64,000 nucleotides of DNA, taken from the NCBI GenBank assembly GCA_965242965.1, contig OZ251518.1, positions 608,001-672,000 of the forward strand, read 5' to 3'. Below are positions 9,383 through 19,800 of the stretch, piece by piece. Below the pieces are notes generated by a model. That model was not told the DNA's origin. It did not search any database and worked only from the letters and a program-made list of their open reading frames with translations. Position numbers and translations under genes: made by a program. Positions within the stretch are counted from its first letter, which is position 1. Each line of letters opens with the position of its first letter. This stretch comes from Candidatus Poribacteria bacterium (lineage in GTDB: Bacteria; Poribacteria; WGA-4E; WGA-3G).

Positions 9383-11200
9383 ATGCGCCAACCTCAACAC
9401 ATCATTCAGATATGTCTCCTTCTCATTGCGCTGTGCGGGAACACCGCGCGAGGCGATGACATGATGTCCCTCTTTGCGCAAGGCATCGAAGAATTAAACG
9501 CCGGACAATTGGACGCTGCCCTTGAAACGTTCAAGCAGGTAACGACAACCGCGCCGAATTTTCCTGACGCGCACTATCACCTCGGGCTCGTCTATTATCA
9601 GAAGGCACAATTCCGAGAAGCAGTGGCAGCGTTCAAGGAAACCTTGAAATTCCTGCCGCGCGATGTTGAGGCACTCGTCAACCTCGGGCTGGCATATTAC
9701 AGAGCAGAGGAGGTGACGCAGGCAGTAAACGCATACCGGACCGCGCTGGAAATCCAGCCGCATAACGTTGAGGCACTCAACAACCTTGGACTTGCTTATC
9801 AGGAATTGGGACAAGTTGAAGAGGCGATTGCCGCTTATCAGGAGGCGTTGCGGCTCAGACCGGATTTGCCAGAGGTGCAGGCAAACCTCGCGACCGCGGG
9901 GGAGTTGCAACGCGGCACCTATTCGCTTGCCGCCTATCGGCATTATCGCACCGGCATGCAGTTGAAGCGCGCGGGACAAACCGAAGCAGCCGTCGCCGCA
10001 TGGAAACAGGCTATTGCCGAAAGTCCGCGCTATCGACTCGCGCACCTCCAATTGGCGGAAACTTATTTTGAGGGAGGGACATACGAACGCGCAATCTCTG
10101 CCTACTTAGCGGCACTTGAACTGCATCCGGATGCTGGGACAGCGATAGAAAGCCACTCTTACAATCGTTCAGATGATGCCGACATCTTCTACAATCTCGG
10201 CAACAGTTATCTCTACGCGGAGAAGTTGGAATCGGCGGTTTCGGCGTATCAGCGCGCCGTGGAGATAAACCCGAAGTTGGCATCTGCTTGGGCGAATATG
10301 GGGACGGTGCTTCTGGAATTAGAACGTATTGATGCCGCCATTGCGGCGTGCGAAAATGCCTTGGAAATCGTGCCCGCCGCGCACCAAATCCGAACCACAC
10401 TGATTTCCGCGCAAGGCATCAAATTGGGCCAGTGGACGATGCAGGCGTATCGCTTGTGGAAGCGCGGGGTTGCTGCCGCAAACCGCGGCGAAACGCAAAC
10501 GGCAATTGAATTGTGGAGACAGGCGGTCGCGCTGAGTCCAAACTATACCCAAGCATACGAGAATTTGGGATGGACATACTTCACTCTCCAGCGGTTTGAC
10601 GATGCTATCCAAGCGTGTCAAGCGGCGCAGACCTCTTTCTCCGCGCAGCTCATCACCTTCGCGCGAGAACTGAAGGCTGGAAAATATCCGTTCAGAGCCT
10701 ATCAACTTTGGGAACAAGGCAGGCGCGCGAGTGCCGCTGGCGAACTTGAAAAAGCAGTCGCGCTCTTGGCACAAGCGGTTGCGAAAGGACCCGAGTTTAT
10801 TGAGGCGGCCAATACGCTGGCGTGGCTCTACGCCGACAAGTTAGGCACAAACCTCGCGGAAGCAGAAAAATTAGCGCGACGTGCAATTTCGTTATCAGAG
10901 GGTGCGGATGTGCCAGACCTGCCGCATTTGCATCACACGCTGGGGTGGATTCTTTACAAGCAGGGACGCTATGTGGAAGCACGCAATGCCTTTGCTGTTG
11001 CACTGCGCTATTCCCCGAACAACGCCGAATATCTGTATCATGCCAGTTTAGCGGCGGTGAAAAATGGCGCGACACCGCAGGCGTTGGAATATCTCGCGCA
11101 AGCCATTAAACAGGATGCGCGTTGGATAGAGATGGCGCGAACGCAATCGGAGTTTGATGCGATTCGTTTTCAGGCGCGGTTTCGGGCTCTGGTCCCATAA
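9383..11200 (+). CDS. Tetratricopeptide repeat protein with signal peptide
   Basis: Many TPR motifs (AHYHLGLVYY, ALVNLGLAYY, ALNNLGLAY, FYNLGNSY, AWANMG). Confidence 0.9.
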   Translation: MRQPQHIIQICLLLIALCGNTARGDDMMSLFAQGIEELNAGQLDAALETFKQVTTTAPNFPDAHYHLGLVYYQKAQFREAVAAFKETLKFLPRDVEALVNLGLAYYRAEEVTQAVNAYRTALEIQPHNVEALNNLGLAYQELGQVEEAIAAYQEALRLRPDLPEVQANLATAGELQRGTYSLAAYRHYRTGMQLKRAGQTEAAVAAWKQAIAESPRYRLAHLQLAETYFEGGTYERAISAYLAALELHPDAGTAIESHSYNRSDDADIFYNLGNSYLYAEKLESAVSAYQRAVEINPKLASAWANMGTVLLELERIDAAIAACENALEIVPAAHQIRTTLISAQGIKLGQWTMQAYRLWKRGVAAANRGETQTAIELWRQAVALSPNYTQAYENLGWTYFTLQRFDDAIQACQAAQTSFSAQLITFARELKAGKYPFRAYQLWEQGRRASAAGELEKAVALLAQAVAKGPEFIEAANTLAWLYADKLGTNLAEAEKLARRAISLSEGADVPDLPHLHHTLGWILYKQGRYVEARNAFAVALRYSPNNAEYLYHASLAAVKNGATPQALEYLAQAIKQDARWIEMARTQSEFDAIRFQARFRALVP

Positions 11201-11204
11201 AAGC

Positions 11205-11990
11205 GTAGGACAAGCGTAGGAGAGACCTCCTGGTCTCGATGCAATAGGGCGGCGGAAAGCCTCCCTTCATCGTAGGGCGAGGGCCTGTCCCTCGCCATCG
11301 TCCGCGTAATCCAACGATCGCGGGGGACAGGCCCCCGCGCTACGATAAAAAACGCCCCCCCTTCACCGTAGGGCGAGGGCCTGTCCCTCGCCATCGTTCA
11401 CGCGCCAGGCTCTGTAGGTCAAGAGCACCTGCTCTTGACCCGTTTGTGATCAGGCGATCACAAACTACAGAGGAGGAAACACACATCATGACGATGGGGA
11501 TCGCGGGGGACAGGCCCCCGCGCTACGATAAAAAAACGGTTCCCGAACCATCGCGGGGGAAACCCGCTCGGATGCGCGTGTGGCATCCGAGGGCCCCCGC
11601 GCTGCGATAAAAACGTCCCCCTCACCGTAGGGCGAGGGCCTGTCCCTCGCCATGTGTTTTTGTGTCAGAGCGCATCACACCTGTAGGTCAGGATCGCCTG
11701 ATCCTGACCCGTTTGTGATCAGGCGATCACAAACTACAGAGGGGGAAACACACATCATGACGATGGAGATCGCGGGGGCAACCCTCTCGGATGCGCGTGT
11801 GGCATCCGAGGGCCCCCGCGCTACGATAAAAAACGTCCCGCTCACCGTAGGGCGAGGGCCTGTCCCTCGCCATCGTTCACGCGCCGGGCTCTGTAGGTCA
11901 AGAGTGCCTGCTCTTGACCCGTTCGGGAGCGGGCGCTCCCGAACTACTTTCATGTTCGTAGTGCGGGGGCCTGTCCCCCGCGCTCGGTGC
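11205..11990. repeat. REP-like palindrome cluster between convergent genes
   Basis: Multiple doublets of the same palindrome families. Confidence 0.9.
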
Positions 11991-12004
11991 GTGAGGAGGG
12001 ACAT

Positions 12005-14959
12005 CTATTCCTCCTCTTCTGTCGTCTCCTTCGGCTCAATCAGCTCCATACCGTTGTTTTGCCAATTGTCCGCCTTCTCTTTCAACTTCTCGATGTCCCC
12101 CGGATTCTTGATGTCCACGATGTGCGGCGTGATGATAATCACAATCTCCGCGTTCTCAATTTTGGTGTCTGTCTTCTTGAAAAAGCGGCCGATAAGCGGA
12201 ATATCACCCAGAATCGGGAGTTTCACCTCAACGTTAGTCTGCTTCTGGCGGATAATGCCGCCGACGACAATTTGCTGTCCATCTTCAACATCAATATAGC
12301 TGCTGATGGAGTTGTCCTCGGTGATCGGCGCGTTGAAATCCGTGAACTCCACGAAGTTGCTAGCACTGATATTGGCAATGTCCAAGCCAATCGTGCGGGT
12401 GCCATCTTCGCTCGCCTGCGATTTGGCGATGTACGGCGTGATATCGATGTTGATGCCGACAGGCGGATCGATGAAATCGTAGTTGAAAAGCGGCTGCGAG
12501 ACTCCCTCGCCGAGGATGCTGTTCGTATCAACGCTTTGCAGATAGGGGATGCGCCGCCCACTGCTCCATGTAGCTGGCTGGCTATCGCGCGTCAGCAGCG
12601 ACGGTGTGGAGAGCGTCCGCACCTTGTTCTCACGAATCATCGCGTGGAGCAGTGCCATATACTCATTCGTCGCCAAACTGATATTAAAACCCGAGACTTC
12701 TCGTTCAAGTGCCAACTCCGGTGTCAGTTCCCCGACGAGGGGGTTGCCGCGGCGCGGTTCAATGCCGAAAATTCTATTCTCCTCTACCGTCAATTCAATG
12801 CCGAGTTTCGTGGTATCGTCAAGCGTGACCTCAAGGATGCGGATGTCTATCCACACCTGCCCGCGCACGAAATCTAATTTGGCGATGAGGGCTCGGACAT
12901 CGGGGAGATACCGCTGCAGTGTGGTGACAACCAGCGTGTTTGTGTCCTCGTCGGCGTGAACCGTGACTTTGCCGCGCAGCGAGTTAATGTCTTTCTGCTC
13001 CATGCGGCCGCCGGTGGCGAAGAACCGGCTAAAACTGAAGCGGTTTTGACTGTCATCGCCTTCCCAAACGTCTTCAAGCACATCCTCAAGTTCTTCGGCG
13101 TTGGCGTATTCCAACCGAATCGTCTCTGTCACCTCTTTTTGGCCCTGCGGTGTCGGCACATCTAAGTCCTTGATGAACTGCGTAATGAGGTCGAAGTTAC
13201 GCTGTGTGGAGGTAGAAATGATGACAGCGTTCAGCGTGATGTAGGGCTCTGCCGTAACATTGCCGGCGAGTGAACCTTGCGTCTGGTTGCGCTGCCGTTC
13301 CGCGAGAAAGAAGAAAAAGTTGCCGCTGTCCCCTGAACCCCCTTGGTAAGTATTGTTAATGATATTTGCGATGTTTTCTGCATCGGCGTATTGGAGTTTA
13401 AATATCTCAGTGCCCCATTCCTGGTCTGGCATGGCGACATCCACTTTGCTGAGGAGGTCATCGATAACCTCAAAGTTTTGCGCGGAGGTGGATACCATGA
13501 GCGCGTTGAGGCGGGCATCGGGGACAATGTGGACTTCGCCCTGGATGCCGAATCCGGTGCTACCACTCGGTTCGCGTCGTGCTCTGGCCCACCAAGGTCT
13601 TTCCCTGTCTGCGCCAGCACTGCCGCCTTCAAAAAGGTCTTGAAGACTCGGCGCGAGGGTATCCGCAATGGCATACTTCAGGTAATAGATTTTGATTTCT
13701 GTCTGCGTTTGCTCCTGGTCCAGCGCGTTGATAACTTTGTCAATGATAGAGAAATTCCTCGGGTCTGATGCAACGACGACAACGTTCAGCCTGTCATCCC
13801 GCGAGACTCTCACGTCACCGACGATGCCTTGATTTTCAACGCCTTGTTCCCGCCGAAACGCGCGGATTTTCGCCCGGTCCCACGGGTCTGCCCTGCCGGT
13901 GTTCCGACTGCTTTCGCCGGTGATTACCTCCTGCAATACGCTTGCAACATCTTCGGCGGTGGCGTTCTTGAGACGAAATATCCGAATCTCGGTGCGCAAG
14001 GTCGGCGAGATGTCTAACTGACGGATGAGCTCTCGGAGGAGGACCAGGTTCGCTTCAGATGCCTTCACGACAAGCGAGTTGGAGTTGGCATCGGCATAGA
14101 TTTGCACGGTGCCTTGGAACATTTCAAAATCAGTCCCTTGTTCGATGGCTAGCCGTGCGTCGTCTGCATCGCCGATTCTTTTACCACCGCTCGTCTTCTG
14201 CTCGTCTTCCTCTTCCTGAAAGACTCGCGTGAGCATTTGCGCGAGTTCGGTTGCATCGGCGTAAGTTAGCGGGATAATCGCGATGCGCAACGGGAACCGT
14301 TCCCCTTCATCGGCGATTTGCAAGATAGAGACGATTCTGCGGATATTGGAGGCAACGTCGGTGATGACGAGCGCGTTCGTGGTAGCCTCCGCGAAAATGA
14401 CAGCCTGTTTGTTGAGCAAGGGCCGCAACGCTTCCACTTGTTCGGAAGCGACAGCGTTCTCCAGTTGCACAACATAAGTCTGGATTTCGTCTGTCTCCTC
14501 CACTTGTGCCGGATCGGCGAAGATGTGGTTAAACGGCACTTTCATCACCATCGCCTTCTCAAAAGTGGTGATGAGGAGCGTGCTGTCAGTGCGAATGAGC
14601 GTCAGGTTATACTGCGCGAGGATAGTTTTGATTCTTTCGATGACCTGGTCCAACGTGACGTTTTTGAGATTAATCAGTGAGAACCGTTTATCGCGGAGGT
14701 CCTCTTCACTCGCGATGATGGTGAGTTCTGTTTCACGTGACAGCCATTCCAAGAGCCCTTTGAGTTCTTGTCCGGTGAAGTTAAAGTCAAAGCGGATGGC
14801 GCGTCCTTCGTCATCAGTTTCGGCGACGCGCATCGGCGGTTCTTGCTGGTTCTGAGCGGGGAGCTCCGCGAGTAGCCCGAGCAGCAGCCCCACACAAACA
14901 AGTGAGATGAATATTTTTCTATGTCGCAATGCGTTTGATAACGTCTCTGGTGCAATCAT
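12005..14959 (-). CDS. gspD: Type II secretion secretin with expanded N-domain repeats
   Basis: C-terminal secretin domain (QVWIDIRILEV, LSTPSLLT, VGGII...KLPILGDIPLIGRFFK, IIITPHI); six NolW-like repeats (LxYAxA). Confidence 0.9.
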   Translation of the reverse strand: MIAPETLSNALRHRKIFISLVCVGLLLGLLAELPAQNQQEPPMRVAETDDEGRAIRFDFNFTGQELKGLLEWLSRETELTIIASEEDLRDKRFSLINLKNVTLDQVIERIKTILAQYNLTLIRTDSTLLITTFEKAMVMKVPFNHIFADPAQVEETDEIQTYVVQLENAVASEQVEALRPLLNKQAVIFAEATTNALVITDVASNIRRIVSILQIADEGERFPLRIAIIPLTYADATELAQMLTRVFQEEEDEQKTSGGKRIGDADDARLAIEQGTDFEMFQGTVQIYADANSNSLVVKASEANLVLLRELIRQLDISPTLRTEIRIFRLKNATAEDVASVLQEVITGESSRNTGRADPWDRAKIRAFRREQGVENQGIVGDVRVSRDDRLNVVVVASDPRNFSIIDKVINALDQEQTQTEIKIYYLKYAIADTLAPSLQDLFEGGSAGADRERPWWARARREPSGSTGFGIQGEVHIVPDARLNALMVSTSAQNFEVIDDLLSKVDVAMPDQEWGTEIFKLQYADAENIANIINNTYQGGSGDSGNFFFFLAERQRNQTQGSLAGNVTAEPYITLNAVIISTSTQRNFDLITQFIKDLDVPTPQGQKEVTETIRLEYANAEELEDVLEDVWEGDDSQNRFSFSRFFATGGRMEQKDINSLRGKVTVHADEDTNTLVVTTLQRYLPDVRALIAKLDFVRGQVWIDIRILEVTLDDTTKLGIELTVEENRIFGIEPRRGNPLVGELTPELALEREVSGFNISLATNEYMALLHAMIRENKVRTLSTPSLLTRDSQPATWSSGRRIPYLQSVDTNSILGEGVSQPLFNYDFIDPPVGINIDITPYIAKSQASEDGTRTIGLDIANISASNFVEFTDFNAPITEDNSISSYIDVEDGQQIVVGGIIRQKQTNVEVKLPILGDIPLIGRFFKKTDTKIENAEIVIIITPHIVDIKNPGDIEKLKEKADNWQNNGMELIEPKETTEEEE

Positions 14960-15054
14960 GTTTCTCTCCGTATATCTGTCATCAAGGGTGTTGATGACTC
15001 CGTTTTTGGTTTATTTACGTCTTGACACGGTGCGGAACAAGTTTTCCTCGCTCT

Positions 15055-15185
15055 ACACTTTGACATGGCGCAGGACAGGCCCGCGCCCTACGAAATGAAG
15101 GTGCCCCTCTCTGTAGGGCAAGATCGCCTGATCTTGACTCCTGACACTTTGACATGGCGCGGGACAGGCCCGCGCCCTACGGACT
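15055..15185. repeat. REP-like palindromes inside the secretion operon
   Basis: 2x ACACTTTGACATGGCGC(A/G)GGACAGGCCCGCGCCCTACG flanking GTAGGGCAAGATCGCCTGATCTTGAC. Confidence 0.75.
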
Positions 15186-15198
15186 AACGGCGAATCTG

Positions 15199-16431
15199 TC
15201 AAAAAATACGTGCGATCATCTGCACATTTACGCTCAATGTAGCTTCACGCTGCTGCCTGGGCGCGCCCGGCCGCCCGGGCCTCGCGCCTGTCTCACGCTG
15301 CTTTTCCACAGCGATCCTTAAATCTTTGACAGACAACCATTTCGTGCTGGTTTCGATGAGGTGGTTGAGCCGCACCAACTTTTCCATATCGGTTTTGAAT
15401 TTCATCTCGACGATGTAAGTCTCGGACTGATACGTCGCGGGTGCGAGAGCCAGCTGCTCTACTAGTCTTCTCCGCTGTTCCAGAATTGCCTCAACGTATT
15501 CTAACGTCGCCAAAATGAGATTTTCCTCATTGAACGGCATGGTGGGAATGCTAGGCACATTCTCTCCAGCCTCCGCCGCGTGTTGCTGTTGTTGCGCGGT
15601 GTAAGCCGCCGCGGCTTTCACTAGCAATTCCAATAGCGTGCTATCCTCTAGGAACTGCACTTCAACCGATGCCGGTGTTCCGCCGATGCCGAAAATGCCG
15701 GGGCTCGCAACCGTAGTTCGTTCGTGAATCTGTGACGCAAAGAAACCGCGCTTCTGATTTGCCGCGCCACGCAATTCTTGGACAACCATCGCATGGATGA
15801 AAGTGGCGAGTTGAACGCGGATATCCACGGGTATCATCTCCGGCAACGAGGCGAACGTCTGCGGCTTTTTCGCCTTCGCAGTTGCTGTGGCATCTTTTTC
15901 GGGTTCATCTTCTCCGAGCCATGCCGACATCATCTTGCCGAACATGTCCTCGCCTGCTGTTAACTCTTTCTCAAGTGCCGCTTTCTCCGCCTCCAAGTGT
16001 TTCAGGTAGAGGTAAAGGACGAGATGTTCTCGCGTTTGCATGGAGAGGTTCGTCGTCTGTTTGCCGGGTGCAGGCTTCGTCTGAATCTGATAATTTTGTT
16101 GCACGCCAGCGCGTTTGACAAGCGCGTCGATGCGCCGCCGGATTACCGTTTCCGGATGCTCCCGTTTGAAAATGGTGGCAACATTCGGCCGATTCTGAAC
16201 GGCTAACCCGGTATCCTTGTAGATTTCGGCTTCGACCTTTTCCAGCAGTTTCGCAGCCGCAATCAAATTTTCAGTTTTCTGCAGCTGCGCCTCTTTCGCA
16301 TCCATGTTGCTGATGGAAAAGATGCCCAAGAACGCCGGTCCGACTTGCATCGCGAGCGCAGCCAAGAGGACGACACCTAAGACGATAAGCAAGACTCGGG
16401 TCATCGGGGTTAATTGGATATTGACATCCAT
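15199..16431 (-). CDS. Membrane-anchored coiled-coil protein, putative PilO/GspM-like assembly component
   Basis: N-terminal TM, coiled coil, C-terminal ferredoxin-like pattern; operon position between pilM-like and gspD. Confidence 0.55.
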   Translation of the reverse strand: MDVNIQLTPMTRVLLIVLGVVLLAALAMQVGPAFLGIFSISNMDAKEAQLQKTENLIAAAKLLEKVEAEIYKDTGLAVQNRPNVATIFKREHPETVIRRRIDALVKRAGVQQNYQIQTKPAPGKQTTNLSMQTREHLVLYLYLKHLEAEKAALEKELTAGEDMFGKMMSAWLGEDEPEKDATATAKAKKPQTFASLPEMIPVDIRVQLATFIHAMVVQELRGAANQKRGFFASQIHERTTVASPGIFGIGGTPASVEVQFLEDSTLLELLVKAAAAYTAQQQQHAAEAGENVPSIPTMPFNEENLILATLEYVEAILEQRRRLVEQLALAPATYQSETYIVEMKFKTDMEKLVRLNHLIETSTKWLSVKDLRIAVEKQRETGARPGRPGAPRQQREATLSVNVQMIARIF

Positions 16432-16437
16432 GTTGTG

Positions 16438-18273
16438 TTATTTTTTCTCCTGCTGAGGCGTGTCCTCTTTTTTTTCGGGAGTTGGCGCAACTTCCGTTTC
16501 CGCCTTTTCCGCTTTTTTCGTGGGTGCGGCTTTCTCGTCCGCCTTGTCTTCATCCGGTTTGTCTTCTTCCAGCGTTGATGTAGGCGGTTCAATGTCCAAT
16601 TCCGCTTCCACGTTGGGGTCCAACTCCGCTTCCGCGTTGGGTTCCGCCTCTTCAAATGTTGGAAGTTCCGGTGTCGGATACCGTTTTTGCGCGAACGCTT
16701 TCACCGCCGATGCAGAGAGTCCACAGCGCACCTGCACCTGAAAGACGGTTTTCCGATTTTCAGATGCCGATGTGACTTCTCCCAGTTGCACGTTCGTAAA
16801 TACGGAGGAACGGTTGAGCGCGCTGAACAGGGAGTTGATAGCGTTATGAGAGGCGGCTTCTAGGTTAAAAGTGATACGCGCTTGCCCCGGGTCGTTCAGG
16901 TTTGTTACGTTGAGGTTAGTCCAGGCCACCTGCGTCCGGTCGGCGAATGTCGCACTGAGCGCGTGCAAAATGTCCAGCGGCGATGCGTGATGCACCAGCA
17001 TATCCGTGAGTGCCAATTCGCGCGCGAGCTGTGTTTGGACAGTATCCATTGAGCGGGTGAAATCCGTGAGGCGGATATCCATGGATTCAGCCCGATGCTG
17101 ATGCAATCGCTGTAGGGTAAGTCCTCCGAAAAGGATGCCGACTGCCATCGCGCCGCCGAAAGCACTTGCAACCAGCACCTGCCGTTTGCGCGTCGTTTGC
17201 GTGAGCGTCTGCTCCGCTTCTTTCGGTAGAAGTGAGACGCGCGCGTCCGCGTCTAGCGCGTTGAGCGCGACACCGAACGGGACAGCAAACATATCCCCGT
17301 GTTCCTCAAGTCCATCGGCAGACGCGACATCCATCTCCGCGCGCATCGCGCCGAACGGATTCCACAAGCGCGTTGGCATGTTCAGTGCTTCTTCACACAC
17401 TTCGGCGAGTTCGGGCACTCGCGCGCCGCCGCCACACAGCCAGAGTTCCGGAGTCGCAGGGTGTCCTGCTCCTTCTGTCATCTCGCGTTGCGCTGCTGCG
17501 ATAGAACGTTGGATTTCACCGATGAACCGCGCTGTCCAGCCTTGCATCGGTGCATCTCGTGCGGAGAGGTGCCGTTTTTCCTCTTCCGCCGTTTCAAAAT
17601 CAACGTTCTGTGCCTCCATGACGTTTTCTGTTAGGTGGTTGCCGCCGATGCGGAAACTCCGTGAGAAACGCAAGGAGTCGTTCTGCATGAGGCAGAAGTC
17701 TGTCTGTCCGGCACCGATGTCAACGATGATTCTGTCCGGCGAACGGGTTTCTTCTAATCGGGACACTTCCGCGATTGCCACCATTGATGGAATCACCGCC
17801 GTGGGCAACGCGCCCTTCTGTTTCAACGGTTCCATATACTGCTCAACTGCCTGCCGCCGGGCTGATACCAGTTCCACCGACGTTGCTTCCCCGTTCCGCT
17901 GCACGTTGTGATAGGTGAAGATGGCTTCCTCTACCCGGAACGGGAGTTCTGTTTCCGCTGCGAGCGCGACGACGTTCGCGAGCTGCGCATCTGTCGCCGC
18001 CGGCAAATTGACGAGGCGTTTGGTGTTCACCAAATGCCGCGGCAGTGCCACGCCGACTTCGGTTTTCTGCCTGCTGAAAATCGCTTGGATGCCGGTGGGC
18101 GCGCGGTAAGATAAGCGTGCCCACAGCGCGGCAACCGACTGCATCTTATCTCCGCCTGCATGCGCAATGAGACTGGCATGGACGAGGCGGAGTCCTGCCG
18201 CGGTCCGCTCTAATTGAACGATTTTCGCTGTGTTTGTGCCGATGTCTATCGCCACTACCTGATTTTTCGCCAT
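16438..18273 (-). CDS. pilM: PilM-like actin-fold protein fused to a TM and PilN/GspL-like periplasmic domain
   Basis: VAIDIGTNTAKIV, IVDIGAGQT, IGGNHLT, LWLCGGGARV; TM followed by periplasmic domain. Confidence 0.75.
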   Translation of the reverse strand: MAKNQVVAIDIGTNTAKIVQLERTAAGLRLVHASLIAHAGGDKMQSVAALWARLSYRAPTGIQAIFSRQKTEVGVALPRHLVNTKRLVNLPAATDAQLANVVALAAETELPFRVEEAIFTYHNVQRNGEATSVELVSARRQAVEQYMEPLKQKGALPTAVIPSMVAIAEVSRLEETRSPDRIIVDIGAGQTDFCLMQNDSLRFSRSFRIGGNHLTENVMEAQNVDFETAEEEKRHLSARDAPMQGWTARFIGEIQRSIAAAQREMTEGAGHPATPELWLCGGGARVPELAEVCEEALNMPTRLWNPFGAMRAEMDVASADGLEEHGDMFAVPFGVALNALDADARVSLLPKEAEQTLTQTTRKRQVLVASAFGGAMAVGILFGGLTLQRLHQHRAESMDIRLTDFTRSMDTVQTQLARELALTDMLVHHASPLDILHALSATFADRTQVAWTNLNVTNLNDPGQARITFNLEAASHNAINSLFSALNRSSVFTNVQLGEVTSASENRKTVFQVQVRCGLSASAVKAFAQKRYPTPELPTFEEAEPNAEAELDPNVEAELDIEPPTSTLEEDKPDEDKADEKAAPTKKAEKAETEVAPTPEKKEDTPQQEKK

Positions 18274-18306
18274 TTTGTCCCTTTAGGGCTTGCGTAAGTC
18301 CTATCC

Positions 18307-19800
18307 TCAGTCCTGCCGCCAATATTGCACGGTTACCGGGTCGCGGCTTCTGTCAAGGATGCCGACGCACGTCGCTATGACTTTGTTGTTCATATCGATG
18401 CCGGATGCCTCAATGCGATACCCGTGTGAACGATACGTCACCCAATCCACCATTTCGCGGAACGTGCCAAAATCGATTTCCTGCAACTCCATCAGTTGTG
18501 CAATGTCCGTAAAAGGGTTGCCTTGGATACCTTGTTCCGCTAAATCTTGTGCCTGCTGGCTGTCAGCGGGTGGCTCTTCTCGGCGCGCCACGATGGCTTG
18601 CGCCTTTGTGTCGTCCATCCCCGGTAACAAAGCCAGCGTTTCCTGCGATGCAGTATTGATGTTAATTAAACCGCTGAGCGTCTCTCCATCTTTTACAGTC
18701 AATTTATCAACGATGTTGACGAACTCCTCCTGCGTCAACAACTTTACCTCTTTGAGCGCATCGACGTTTTGGAATGTGCCTTGCGTGTCGCGATGATTCA
18801 CGATGCGTTCCGCAATGCCTTCGTCAATGCCATCTAACGATTGTAACTCCCCCCTATCGGCAGTGTTGATATTCACCTGTCCGCCGCCTGACTGCTCTTC
18901 TTTTCCTTCCTCAGCGTTGCCGCCCTGGCCGCCTTCTACCGTGATTCGTTCTCGGATGTTATTGAAACGTTCGTCGGAAACGGCTTGGATATCTGCTAGT
19001 GCAGAGAGCGTCTCAAATTCACGTTGCTGGATGAGCGATTCCGCCTCGGCTTGCGAAAAGACCGGTTGCTCCTCTTTCGTCCGAATCCCGGTGAGTTGCC
19101 CTGCATCTGCCGTGTTCACATTGACGCGCGCTTCCCCGTTCGCATCGGTGTTCGCATCTACCGAGTAGACGGTTGCTAAATGAACGAGCCCTGTCGGCGC
19201 AAGTGCTTCCTGTGTTCCAAAAGATGTCGGCTGCGATAGCTCTTGTTCTGGCGAGACTGGAAGACTGCTCGCCGGTTGCTGTTCTCCTTCTCCATACAGC
19301 AGCTCCTCTGTCATCCCCTCTATTCTGGCGAGATCGCCCACGGTGCGATAAGGTTGTCCCTCCTGAATCTGGTTAGCCAACGTCTGAGTGAGACTATCGT
19401 CCGGGGGCGCGCCCGCCAAAGCGAGTAGGTTGAGGATAAGTCCAGCATCTGCCGTATTGACGTTAACTTTTGCCGATTCGTCCGTGACTGCGACGTGATA
19501 GGCGATTAGATTTCCCTGTTGGATGCCGTCTTCCACCTGTCCCTCACGCGGTTCTGCCCACTCCTCACCGAGTGAGTCAAACGGTGTCTGGTCTTCACGT
19601 AGCACGGCGAGTGTCCATTCAAACCCGGCTTTAGCGGCGTAGTGATACTTGGCGCGTTCCAAAAAGTTCCGCTGCGCGCGCTGTTCCAAGTGAATGGAAT
19701 AGAGCATCTGCATCGCGAGGATAGAGAGGATAGTCAATATCCACAGGGTTGAGATGAGAGAGAGTCCTTCATCATTCAAGCGGCTTTTTCGCGATGTCAT
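18307..19800 (-). CDS. gspK: GspK-like minor pseudopilin with ComEA-like helix-hairpin-helix repeats
   Basis: G|LSLISTLWIL hydrophobic N-terminus, DESAKVNVNTA, DSLGEEWA; four N(V/I)NTA repeats. Confidence 0.75.
   Translation of the reverse strand: MTSRKSRLNDEGLSLISTLWILTILSILAMQMLYSIHLEQRAQRNFLERAKYHYAAKAGFEWTLAVLREDQTPFDSLGEEWAEPREGQVEDGIQQGNLIAYHVAVTDESAKVNVNTADAGLILNLLALAGAPPDDSLTQTLANQIQEGQPYRTVGDLARIEGMTEELLYGEGEQQPASSLPVSPEQELSQPTSFGTQEALAPTGLVHLATVYSVDANTDANGEARVNVNTADAGQLTGIRTKEEQPVFSQAEAESLIQQREFETLSALADIQAVSDERFNNIRERITVEGGQGGNAEEGKEEQSGGGQVNINTADRGELQSLDGIDEGIAERIVNHRDTQGTFQNVDALKEVKLLTQEEFVNIVDKLTVKDGETLSGLININTASQETLALLPGMDDTKAQAIVARREEPPADSQQAQDLAEQGIQGNPFTDIAQLMELQEIDFGTFREMVDWVTYRSHGYRIEASGIDMNNKVIATCVGILDRSRDPVTVQYWRQD

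Noticed and set aside
11170-12299. ORFs within repeat clusters (also 850-1101, 1708-2298, 27219-27697, 29671-30186, 50627-50842, 53462-54203, 57678-58007)
   Set aside because: They consist of translated palindromes (RRARACPSP, ARGPVPR) with no RBS or domain content.
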